Shown here in pieces: positions 13,100 through 24,124 of a stretch of DNA of 64,000 bases (position 1 is its first letter; the number at the start of each line of letters is the position of its first letter). The notes beneath the pieces are model-generated. The model saw only the letters and a list, made by a program, of their open reading frames with translations, ran no database searches and was not told the origin of the DNA. The position numbers and the translations under genes are program-made. The stretch spans positions 132,866,001 through 132,930,000 of the forward strand of contig NC_042999.1 in assembly GCF_006345805.1 (NCBI RefSeq), written 5' to 3'. The DNA comes from Octopus sinensis. Its lineage: Eukaryota.

Positions 13100-13717
13100 C
13101 AGACAAAACAACAATGTAACTACTGCAGGGAAAGAGGCGACAGGAGCGACATTAGCTAGCGCAGCAGTAACAAACAACAACAACAAAAACAACAAGAACA
13201 ACAACGACAACAACAACAACAATAATGTCAGTAACTGCAGGAACAACAGCGACAACAATGGCTATACAGAAACGCATTGTGCAGTAGTTAGAAGCTACAA
13301 ACAGCAACAACAACAACAATAACTACAATAACAGCGACAATAATTTCGACAGTAGCAGCAACACCGTGATTTCAACCACCAACACCTTTGCATTTGAAAA
13401 CCTTCGTCTCACTTTCATCCTCAAGACACGCTGTCGTAGTAACGGCAGCAGCAGCAGCAGCAGCGACAACAGCGACCGCATTATCATCATCATCATCATC
13501 ATTACCGTCATCATCAAGATCATCGTCGTCGTCATCATCATCATCATCATCACCATCATGATCATAACTATCATGATCATAATCATCATCATAATCATCA
13601 TCATAATCATCATCATCATCATCATCACCACCATCATCTTGATCATAACTATCATCGTCATAATCATCATCATCATCATCATCATCACCACCATCATGAT
13701 CATGATCATCATCATCG

Positions 13718-13756
<39 letters not shown>

Positions 13757-13820
13757 CCACCATCATCATCATTACTATCATCGTCGTCATCATCATCATC
13801 ATCATCATCATAATCATCAT

Positions 13821-13855
<35 letters not shown>

Positions 13856-14560
13856 CCACCTTCATGATCATAACTACCATCGTCATAATCATCATCATCA
13901 TCAACAACAACATCAAAGAACACCAGCTGTAAATTCAGCTTCAGCAACAATAACAACAACGGTTTTACAAAGTAATGGTAACCAGAATTGCAACGGCAAC
14001 GGCAGCGGCAACAAGAACAACAATAATTTCATCACCACCACCACCACCACCACACCACCACCACCACCACCCATCACCATCACCACCACCGCCGCCTCCG
14101 CCGTCGCCGCTACTGCCGCGCCACTGCCGCCGCCTGCTACCGTCACCTCTGCATTTTAAAACTTCACCCATTGCCCTACCCACCGCCGCCCTCACACGCA
14201 CTGTTGTCACGACACCATCACCACTAGCATCATCAACAGCAACAGCAGCCGTTCAAGAATTTGGACCTGGAGATCTCCATTTCCAGCGACTTCGAGGGCT
14301 ACCTCCCAGTGGTGTCGGGCGTCAACGAAGAGCTCTCGACTACAAGCCGACCAAAGTTTTTTTTTTCTCCCGCCCCTAAGCCCTAGCCCATCACCTAATC
14401 ACTAATCACCCTTACCCGTCTTGTTGCTTAGCAACAACAACAACAGCAACAGCAATTATACCAACGGCTTTACATAGTAAATGCAGTAAAAGTTACTACA
14501 ACAACAATAATAATGACAACAACAACAACAGTTAATTTGATAGCAGCAATAATTCTTTCT
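13100..14560. repeat. Compound trinucleotide low-complexity block (AAC/AGC/ATC/ACC)n with higher-order ATC repeat at 13480-13915
   Basis: Direct read; accounts for the poly-D, poly-M, poly-I and poly-P ORFs. Confidence 0.9.
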
Positions 14561-14579
14561 ATTACAAGGCATCAATACC

Positions 14580-15370
14580 AGTACTTGACTGGTAACTATT
14601 TTATCGACCTCGATTAGATGAAAGACAAAGTTGACCTCGGCAAAACTGGAACCTTAGAACTTCAAGTCGGACGAAACGCCGTTAAACATTTTGTTCAGAG
14701 TGTTAACGATTGTACTAGCTTGCTGTCTTTAAACTATCGTTTCTACTAGAGGGAAGAGGGCCGGTCGATTACATTAACCTCTGTTCAGTGCTCAACTGGT
14801 ACTAATGTTATCGATCCTGAAAAGACGAAAGGTAAATTCGACCTCAGCGAAATTTAAACTGAGAACGTAAAATCCGAAGAAATGCCGTTAATAATTTTGT
14901 CCGGCGTGTTAACGATTCTTATTTTTTTATTGCCCACAAGGGGCTAAACACAGAGGGGACAAACAAGGACAGACAAACGGATTAAGTCGATTATATCGAC
15001 CCCAGTGCGAAACTGATACTTATTTAATCGAAAGGATTAAAGGCAAATTCGGAGGAATTTGAACTCAGAACGTAGCGGCAGACGAAATACCGCTAAGCAT
15101 TTCGCCCGACGTACTAACGTTTCTGCCAGCTCGCCGCATCTAAAATATCGTTTCTACTAAAGGGCACAGGGCCTGAAATTTTGAAGAAAGAGGTCTGTCT
15201 TGTCGACTACATTAACCTCAGTTCAGTACTTGACTGGTCCTTATTTAATCGATCCTGAAAGGACGAAAGGCAAATTCTACCACGATGGAATTTAAACTGA
15301 GAACGTACAATCAAATGAAATGCCGTTAAAGCATTTTGTACGACATGCTAACGATTCTGTCAAATCACAG
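14580..15370 (-). mobile_element. Four head-to-tail SINE family B monomers
   Basis: gaaaggcaaa.t.gacc...gaaatttaaact.agaacg recurs at about 14625, 14830, 15040 and 15270. Confidence 0.8.
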
Positions 15371-15929
15371 CCTTTGCAAGCGTCAGCAATAATAATAACA
15401 ACAGCTTCTACAGAGAATATACTGCAAGAATAACGGCGACAGCAGCAACAACGAGAACAACAATTTCAACACCACGGCATGAATACCACCACCACCACCA
15501 CCACCACCACCACCACCGAAATTTTCACTCACACTCACTCTTGAACGCACTCTTCCAGTCATTACAATAACAACAACAACAACAGTTACCCACCAAATAT
15601 AACAATGATTTCAACAGTAACTACATAACCGCCCCCACCACCACTACTACAACCACCACCGCCACCACCACAACCATCACAACCACCGCCCCCGCATTTC
15701 TGATTTCACTTACCCTCACCCTCGTCTTCATAGTTGTATTACTTTCCAACCCAACCCAACCCTTCCCCCATTCCACTCCCACTCCGGCCATCTTACTCAA
15801 CCCCACCCCCACCCCCACCCTACTTCTTCAACACGCCACCACCCAATTCTTCTCCCCCTGCTCACCACCACCACCACCACCACCACCACCCAGCTAAAGG
15901 CAAGGCTAATGTATGATTGATTAACTGTA

Positions 15930-16150
15930 GAATGTACAGTGATTATATTGTCTAAATTGGCTTCGGTGAAGAATTTCAGAATTAATTGCCGAGGCCAAGT
16001 GTTGTGTCTGTTCAGTGAAAACTGCTGCTGACAGAAGCAAGTGGTCATCTGTCAGCCAATGTGTTGCTTGATGCCAAACTTGACACACACTGACAACATG
16101 TCTGTAACACGCACCTTTGATGTTTAACCCAGCTGTCGACTCGTACATTT
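15930..16150 (-). mobile_element. Possible mariner 5' fragment
   Basis: Resembles a mariner 5' non-coding region plus N-terminus (QHLASAINSEILHR); very degenerate. Confidence 0.3.
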
Positions 16151-16323
16151 TCACTCACAACCTTCTCCGCGCCGTTTTTACACTCCTCCCCTTCCTCCCA
16201 CCACCATCTCTTTCAACGCTCGTACACACACACACACACACACAGACATACTTCCTATCCTGCTCTCTCTATCTCTATCTCTAACTTTTTGTCTCTATTT
16301 CTCTCTCTCTCTCCCTCTCTATC

Positions 16324-16413
<90 letters not shown>

Positions 16414-16737
16414 ACTCAAACACACAATCACGCTCTCATTCTCACGCACTTTCACCCATCCCCTCTCTTTTCAAGTTACCGACATTTTTTTCATTTTCAT
16501 CACACTTCAGTCCCTGTCTCTGTCTTTCTCTCACTCCCTAAATCTCACCCGCTTTCCCTATTCCTCTCTCTCTCCCTTTTCCTCCCTCTCTACCCTTTTC
16601 TACCTCTCTCCCTCTTTCCTCTCTTCTTCCCTGTCTCCCTCTTCCTCCCACTGTCACTTTTCCTCCCTCTCTTTCGCTTTTCCTCCTTCTCCTTCTCTCT
16701 GTATCTGTCTGTCTGTCTGCCTGTTTACTTGTCTGTC

Positions 16738-16768
<31 letters not shown>

Positions 16769-17189
16769 TACAGTACCACTTTCATTCGCATGCACTCTCT
16801 GCCCCTCTATTTCCAAGTTCCCGACGTACTCGGTTTTTCATTTTCATCACACGTCAAACATATTCAGTTTCCCTCCATCTTTCTCCCTCCCTCTCCGCTC
16901 ACCCATGTTTCTCTCTCACTTTCTCTCTCTCTTTCTCACTGCTCTCCTTTCTTGCCTTTTCTCTCAGCAAGCACTAAATATTTCTTTGCTACACAAAAGT
17001 AGTCCACTATTATCACTCACCAAAAATTATTATCATTACTTCGTCCTCAGTGACTGTCCTGGATTTCGTGATATATGTATAATATCATGTTATATAATAT
17101 AATGTAATAAAAAATAATATATGTACAACATATAATTTAATATGATATATTATAATATAACAGAATATGTCATATACATGTGTGCGTAC

Positions 17190-17230
<41 letters not shown>

Positions 17231-17239
17231 CACACAAAT

Positions 17240-17396
17240 CAGACTGTTCGTAAGAAGCTGCTTCCCTACCACAAAGTTTCGGGTTCATCCCACTGCGTAG
17301 CACCTTTCAAGTGTTTTTCTCATATAGCTTCATAGTTTCGGGCCGACCAAAGCTTTGTGAATGGATTTGGTAGACGGAAACTGAAAGAAGCCAGTC

Positions 17397-17400
<4 letters not shown>
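17240..17400 (+). mobile_element. SINE family A head
   Basis: gggttcatcccactgcgt...gatttggtagacggaaactgaaagaagcc. Confidence 0.75.
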
Positions 17401-17439
<39 letters not shown>

Positions 17440-17459
<20 letters not shown>

Positions 17460-17550
17460 GAAAATATTTTGAAAATAAATTTCAATGTTGAAGTGAATCT
17501 AACGGATTTTGTGCGTTTCTTAATGGCTTATAAACACCTTCCACGCTACA
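17440..17550 (+). repeat. Unclassified interspersed repeat end in (TA)n
   Basis: gaaaatattttga...ttgaagtgaatc.aacgg...aaacaccttccacgct shared with 61975-62240. Confidence 0.7.
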
Positions 17551-17558
17551 ATATATAT

Positions 17559-17607
<49 letters not shown>

Positions 17608-17611
<4 letters not shown>

Positions 17612-18760
17612 CGTGAACAAAGACTCCTTGAACTTAGATCAACAACACTAATTAAAAGACATTACCGAATCTCATTAATAAATGATGGCATTAAAAGAGC
17701 TAAGGAAATAGATATACTAATGTTAAGGCAAACTAGCCGAAATACTAAACCAGACTTTAAAATTCTCCCGTACATTTCCACACATCACCCTAGAAACAAC
17801 GGAGCCTTCAACATTATCACCCAAAATCTTCCCATCCTCACAGCAGACAAAACAATGAATGAAATTTTAAGCTCATACAAAATTATAAAAAGCAAAATGC
17901 AACCGAAGTCACTGAAAAAAATATTAACCAGCACAAGGCTATATCCACTAACAACAGAGCCAAAAGTGAAAAAATGTGGTCGTCCTAACTGTGGAACATG
18001 CCCCTACCTTTTGGAGGGTTCAGAATTCCACTTCAAACAAGGTGAAGTATTTAAGATCAAATCAAATTTCACCTGCGCCTCGGAAAATCTAATCTATGCC
18101 ATGACATGCTTAGGATGTGGTAACCACTATATTGGACAAACAGGAATATCACTCCGTCGAGGAACCACCATCCACAAAGAAAAATCCACCGCACGCAATA
18201 CAGACAGTTACAGGTTAGTGAACACATAGAAAGGTGTGCTAGGAATCTTAATCTTAATTTCCAAATCTTCCCCTTCTATCAATGTTCACAGAACACCTCA
18301 ATGCAGAACACCTCAATTGAATAAAGAGGCAATTTTCATCAATAAATATCTTACCCAACTAAATATGAACACATAACTCAATACAGAACACTACAAACCC
18401 TTCAATTAATACCACTAACCCCCATACATCCCTTACATCATTCACATTACAATTCTATATCTAACCTAACTGCGCAAAATTCAGAACTACTTACCTCCCT
18501 TACAAATAATCTTTTTACTCGGGAATTATTAGACCTGACACCGTTCATTAACCGGTGTTCATTCAAAGCAATGAATAGTTAACTTACGAAACCGTCGGTA
18601 TGCTGAATCTCTTTAATTATCTCATAATAATGAGTTTTATGACTTTTATTACTTTTATTACTACCTCAGTTCATCTAAATGTATATATCTGTCGTTACTT
18701 TTCATAAAAAGTCTTTTTTTTTATTTACAATGTGCATTTTCGTTGATTTTTCTTAATCCC
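17608..18760 (+). mobile_element. Penelope-like element, 5'-truncated (linker + GIY-YIG + 3' region)
   Basis: ORF 17720-18229: LPYISTHHPRN...KKCGRPNCGTCPYL...SNFTCASENLIYAMTCLGCGNHYIGQT; frameshifted C-terminus to about 18365. Confidence 0.85.
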
Positions 18761-18787
18761 CCCCCCCCCCATATATATATATATTAT

Positions 18788-18824
<37 letters not shown>

Positions 18825-18829
18825 TCATG

Positions 18830-19025
18830 GGTGTGTGTGCCTGTGTTTGTTTCCTGCCATCACTTGACAACCGATTACTTCTGTTTATGTCCATGTACTT
18901 AGGGCTTAGCGGCCTCCAAAAGGAACCGATAGAATAAGTACTAGGCTTACAAGATAAGTCCTAGGGTCGATTTCTTCGACTAAATCCCTTAAGGCGGCAC
19001 TCAATGACTGAAACAAATAAAAGAA
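18830..19025 (+). mobile_element. SINE family A, 3' half
   Basis: gaccgatagaataagtactaggcttac...gactgaaacaaataaaaga. Confidence 0.75.
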
Positions 19026-19046
19026 TACATACATACATACATACAA

Positions 19047-19120
<74 letters not shown>

Positions 19121-19123
<3 letters not shown>

Positions 19124-19500
19124 AATTAAAAAAGGCCCAGAGAAAAGAAAAAGCAAACAAGCGTTTGGACGTGGCACAAGTAATGTATTTTATAAGACGC
19201 TCAGAGAAAAAAAAAAAGAGTAGAAGTTTTGCGTTTCGAGCATAGCTTTTCTTTGGAAACCAAATGAAACAGGCAAGACCAAGACGAAGGAGGAAAGGAA
19301 ATCGCTAACAGTCACGTGTGGTTACATTTTTGAAGTAACCGGAAGTAGGACACCATGTGTGTGTGTTTGTGTATACGCTTGTGTTGGAGAACGTAGGATT
19401 GAAACGTAAAAGACTTCTTTATTTTCTTGAGCGTCAAACTAATTCATCTGCTTGTGGTTCATACACCTGGCTTCGCCTTTTGTTTTTCTATAAATTTCAA
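19121..19500. mobile_element. Degenerate inverted pair of PLE-type terminal repeats with a dead HHR
   Basis: Minus strand 19228-19260 reads UUU-CCAAAGA-A-AAGC(UAU)GCUC-GAAAC-GCA-AAA; the opposite arm has gaaacgtaaaagac near 19400. Confidence 0.5.
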
Positions 19501-19503
19501 CTA

Positions 19504-19573
<70 letters not shown>

Positions 19574-19681
19574 CATATGTATGTGTGTATATGTGTGTCT
19601 GTGTGTGTGTGTATATTAATTTTCAGAATGAGATAAAAATCCAAGGCTGTAAAAGATTAAGTTTAGAACATTTATAAATAG

Positions 19682-19729
19682 GTCTTACAGCTATTTCCGG
19701 AATATTTTATATATCCCTTCATCGGAGAC
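19682..19729 (-). ncRNA. Minimal type I hammerhead ribozyme, CCGAUGA core
   Basis: GUCU-CCGAUGA-A-GGGAUAU(AUAAA)AUAUUCC-G-GAAA-UAGCU-GUA-AGAC. Confidence 0.6.
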
Positions 19730-19972
19730 GGTGTGAGAAATTGGTTAAGCAATAGTTATTTAAGATAAGATATGAAATAGAGAGTGAAGTGGAGGAATGA
19801 AAATAGACGTGAGATATGCATGGATATTGCATTTGTAGATCCATTATTGGATCTACAGATAATGGATCTACAAATAATGGATCTACAGATGCAATATCTC
19901 TGCATATCAGACGCCTATTTTCATTTCACCACTTCACTGTCTATTTCATATCTTTAACCATTTCCTCACAGC

Positions 19973-20020
19973 GTCTGCGATGAAGGGATATATAAAATAT
20001 CCTGGAAACAGCTGTAAGAC
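19973..20020 (+). ncRNA. Hammerhead ribozyme copy with C3>G mutation, probably inactive
   Basis: GUCU-GCGAUGA-A-GGGAUAU...AUAUCCU-G-GAAAC-AGCU-GUA-AGAC. Confidence 0.5.
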
Positions 20021-20294
20021 CTATTTATAAATGTTCTAAAATCTTTCACAGCCTTGGATTTTTATCTCATTCTGAATTTTTATATATATATATACACATG
20101 CTGATATATGACCTACGTTGGATTCCTCATTCGCGTAGTCACCGAACCTGGAGCTTAAAACTATAGTCTGTCCATTACCTCTCATCCTCTCTCTCTCTCA
20201 TCCTTCTCTCTCCTCTCTCTCTCTCTCCTCTCGTCTTATGTATTGTATATATATAATATAAATATATATATATATATTATATATATATATATAT

Positions 20295-20412
20295 ATACGA
20301 CGAGCTTCTTTCAGTCTCCGTAACACTTGCTCAAAGTACCACGCAGTGGGAGTGAACCCGGAACCATATCGTTGGGAACCAAGATTCTTACCACACAGCC
20401 ACGACTGCGTCT
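20295..20412 (-). mobile_element. SINE family A head with internal deletion
   Basis: ccacgcagtgggagtgaacccggaacc. Confidence 0.7.
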
Positions 20413-21938
20413 GTATATACATATATAATCATATGTATGTGTGTGTATGTATATGTTGATATATAAATATATGTACGTATGCACTCACACGCGCATACAT
20501 ATATATGACAAAAGAAAACAAGTTACATAATTATTTTAACAAGCCTACACTATTAGAAAGCATCACTCTCAGAGTTGAGTGCTCGTGGGACAATGCGTTT
20601 CATCGGAATCATTTAAAAATATTTGCCCATTCAAATATACACACACGATACATACATACATATATACATACATACATACATACACAACACACACACATAC
20701 ATACATACATACACACATACATACATACATTTCGCTTAGGCATTGCGAGACTGTAGAACTCAATATACGTATGTTTCAGGACAAATTGTTACATGAGTAT
20801 GTAGCGGTAGTAAGAAAAAGAGATGACACAGGAAAAGCAATGGTTATGTTGTGAACTTCATTAGCTTACAGCTGTTTCTGCTATGACACGCAGTGGACTC
20901 TTTGTACACACACACACACACACACACACATACACACACACACACATACACACACACACACACCACACACGCACACACACAAACGTACATAAACATAAGA
21001 ATTCAGAAACATTAGGAGACATAAAGCAATTCGTTTTTACCTGTGGAACTCGAAGTAGATAAAGTTATAAATAATAGCATTATACACCCAGGACCACGCT
21101 GATACCTTAGGAATAAAATTTAGGATTTCTCGGTTTTCTGGGAATCGATTTTGATAAAACTTTTCCCGGCTGGTTTGCACACTATGGGAACATCACTGTT
21201 ATGTTTTCATTATTCTGTGATTCCCAAGAATACGAGATTCCTTAGAAGTGACAGCAGTATGTAATCTAGCCAGGGATGCAAGACCTTTCTTCGGTATATT
21301 GCATTTTGGCGGCTGCGGTCACTTTAACCTCTTCAGACACCCTAACTGGGCTAACAAGTCTGTCCCCAATGATACCAGCCAACATTGGTGACGATCATCT
21401 CCAAAATAGACCCAACCATTCGCCCAATCGTCAGGTTCGTTAAGGGTCACCCTGGTTTCGTCTGTGAACAGAACACAACTCAAGTTTAACGTCATGTACT
21501 TTTGAGCCCATTAAAGCCTGAAACTTCTGTGAGGAGGCAGTTTCAGGGGTTCTTGCACGGGAGCCATGGCCTCGAAGATGTGACTTCTGCTGGTTTTCCG
21601 TACATGAGGAAGTCCAGAGGCGGTGAAAATGTCCAGGTTTCTCACGTAACTTGCGGCCAGTATTCCTCAAATCCCAAACTGGCACATTGTTGGATGTCCA
21701 CAATCGGATCGTTTCTTCCTTGGCGCTCATCTGGCTAAATAATCAATTATGTCACTAAATGTTATAATATTATTATGGTTATCTGTTAAATATATACTCA
21801 ATGTATGCTCAATATATAACATTTTCTGGAGAAAAATGTCTAGATGGGCGGCTATTTTCATTCAAAAGCTATAAACGTGGTTCACCCAAAAACTGAAAAA
21901 TCTGACACAAAAAAAGAAAGGACGTTACATAGAATAAT

Positions 21939-22318
21939 CTTTTCTACTCTAGGCACAAGGCCCAAAATTTTGGTGGAGGGGGCCAGTCGATTAGATCTAC
22001 CCCCGTATGCAACTGATACTTAATTTATCGACCCCGAAAGGATGAAAGGCAAAGTCGACCTCGGGGAAATTTGAACTCAGAACGTAAACACAGACGAAAT
22101 ACCTATTTCTTTACTACCCACAAGGGACTAAACACAGAGGGGATAAACAAGGACAGACATACGGGTTAAGTCGATTATATCGACCCCAGTGCGTAACTGG
22201 TACTTATTTAATCGACCCCGAAAGGATGAAAGGCAAAGTCGACCTCGGCGGAATTTGAACTCAGAACGTAGCGGCAGACGAAATACCGGCGTGCTAACGT
22301 TTCTGCCAGCTCGCCGCC
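21939..22318 (-). mobile_element. Dimeric SINE family B (3' part of the 5S-SINE chimera)
   Basis: Full head monomer plus headless second monomer, same structure as 63300-63720. Confidence 0.9.
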
Positions 22319-22333
22319 GTAAAGGATAGAAAG

Positions 22334-22453
22334 GTGTTTACAGCACCTAGGTATCCCAAGCGGTCACCCATCTAAATACTATCTAGGCTCGACGTTGCTT
22401 AACTTCGATGATCGGACGAGAACCGGTGTTTTCAAAGTGATATGGCCGTAATC
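22334..22453 (-). pseudogene. Full-length 5S rRNA retrocopy
   Basis: Reverse complement: GATTACGGCCATATCACTTTGAAAACACCGGTTCTCGTCCGATCATCGAAGTTAAGCAACGTCGAGCC...GATGGGTGACCGCTTGGGATACC..GTGCTGTA; metazoan 5S with box A and box C. Confidence 0.95.
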
Positions 22454-22639
22454 ACGTTACATAGAATAATGAAAACAATAATGGTGTTGTCATAGTGTGC
22501 CAACCAGCTGGGAAAAGTTTCATCAAATTCGATTCACAGAAAACCGAGAAATCTTAAATTTCATTCCTAAGCTATTAGCGTGGCTCTGCGTGTATGTTTT
22601 TCTCATGTGTTTCGCCGAATAAAATAACAAGCGATATTT

Positions 22640-23130
22640 CTTCCGCCTCATTATGTTCTGAGTTCAAATTCCGCCGTGGTCGACTTACTTTATCTTTCAT
22701 CCTTTCGACGTCTATAAAGTAAGTTCCAGTTGAACACTGGGATTAATGTAATCACCTAATCCCCCTCCCAGGTCTTGCGGCTGCTGTAGAAAAGGTTAGT
22801 TTTATTATGACGAGGCTTTACCAGAAGCGTAAGAACGTTTGATCAAATGCCTTACGTTATTTGTCCCGAATCCTTGCGTTCTGATTTCAAATCCTACCGA
22901 TGGTAAATTTGCCTTCTATCCTTCTTTCGCCGTTAAGATATAATGTAAAATTTTTGGGGTGGGGCTAAGTACACCACTCCCAAAATTTCGAAGCCTGTGC
23001 TTATGTTTTATTATTATTATTGTTTTTTTATTATTACAATTATTACTACTGTTAATTTAAAGGCGGCGAGCTGACGGAATTGTTAGCACGCCGGACAAAC
23101 TACTTAGTGGCAGTTAGTCCGACTCTATGT
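22640..23130 (+). mobile_element. Cluster of degenerate SINE family B fragments
   Basis: gttctgagttcaaattccgcc...cctttcatcc motifs at about 22655 and 22880; head at 23060. Confidence 0.65.
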
Positions 23131-23278
23131 TTTAACTATCAATTAAGTATAAGTATTACTCAAATATAATCATACTTCAAGGTATTTGACAAGACTTAAA
23201 TTTTTTCCTGAGCATGTTTTATATCTGTTTCAGGCATTGGACAGCGGCCATGCTGGCCTACCCCTGTGAAGAAGGCTG

Positions 23279-23723
23279 GGATCTATTCGGTTTGAACGGC
23301 AGTTTTTTCTAGCGGTACCATATGAAATTGTCACCCATAATTATGACCATGGTATTGATCTATTGTATTTCAATCTGTTTTAGGATTAGGGTTAGTTAGG
23401 GTTAGGGTTAGGATTAGGGTTAGGGGTGGGTGGAAGGGTATCTTTTTTTCTTCACAAATGTAAATAAACCCAATCTGTTTCTTAAACGAGGGACATATTC
23501 ATACGGCACAGAATGTTTTTTTACCTCAATAGTCGTCAGTGATTGGTTGAAATTGCAGAAATTGAAGAAAAGACAACAATTATCTTACAAACTATAGTAT
23601 TTTCTCAATAAAGCCAAGACAAAAAGATTTTTTATAAACACATTCTACCAGTATACGAAGTTTAAAAGTGTTTAGTTACGTGGAAATTATTTTTAAAAAC
23701 TGCCGTTCAAACAGAAAAGATCC
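23279..23723. mobile_element. MITE, about 30-bp TIRs, 7-8-bp TSD, internal (TTAGGG)-like array
   Basis: ggatctattcggtttgaacggcagttttt / aaaaactgccgttcaaacagaaaagatcc; flanks gaaggctg / gaaggctt; TTAGGG units 23380-23425. Confidence 0.85.
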
Positions 23724-23905
23724 GAAGGCTTTAATCGAACAAATGATCCCAATACTTTCTTTTTTTTTTTTAAGTCTGGTACTTATTCTATAAGTCACTT
23801 TTGCCGGATCGCTAAGTTACGGGAACGTATACAAACCGGCACTGGTTGTCAAGCGGTGATGGAGACAAGCACAAAGAAAAGGACTCACAGACACACACTC
23901 ATATA

Positions 23906-23958
<53 letters not shown>

Positions 23959-23962
<4 letters not shown>

Positions 23963-24124
23963 GGTTTGCACACTATAGCAACATCACTGTTATGTTTTCA
24001 TTATTCTGTGATTCCTCAGAATACGAGATTCCTTAGAAGTGACAGCAGTGTGTCATCTAGCCAGGGATCCAAGAACTCCTTCGGTATATTGCAGTTAGCG
24101 GCTGCGGTCACTTTAACCTCTTCA
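23959..24124 (-). mobile_element. Partial copy of the Tc1 deletion derivative
   Basis: About 90% identical by eye to 21167-21335, including the same TIR/ORF junction. Confidence 0.85.

Larger units (their letters stand above)
19622..20076. mobile_element. Fold-back (about 220-bp arms) of PLE-type terminal repeats, one HHR motif per arm
   Basis: Arms are reverse complements; three tandem 15-mers at the centre; related to 48224-48345. Confidence 0.85.
21085..22592 (-). mobile_element. Tc1-like transposon, internally deleted, about 100-bp TIRs, TA target duplications
   Basis: 21085-21188 is the reverse complement of 22491-22592, TA at 21083 and 22593; minus-strand peptide VLFTDETRVTLNEPDDWANGWV...AGIIGDRLVSPVRV. 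Confidence 0.8.

Noticed and set aside
13372-13959. 195-aa Asp-rich ORF resembling acidic biomineralisation proteins
   Set aside because: Starts at TTG; (GAT)n is open in two frames by construction and the overlapping poly-Met frame is equally open; no splice or ATG support. Only RNA or peptide evidence would revive it.
13975-14379. Pro/His-rich ORF like a transcription-factor low-complexity region
   Set aside because: Explained by (ACC/GCC)n repeats; no folded domain follows.
14580-15370. Regularly spaced repeats as a CRISPR-like array
   Set aside because: They are SINE monomers about 200 bp long; eukaryotic context, no spacers or cas genes.
18530-18605. HHR-like GAAAC-CGTCG-GTA at the 3' end of the PLE at 17608
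   Set aside because: Position fits, but the 5' core reads CTGACAC and helix I does not pair; at best a dead remnant.
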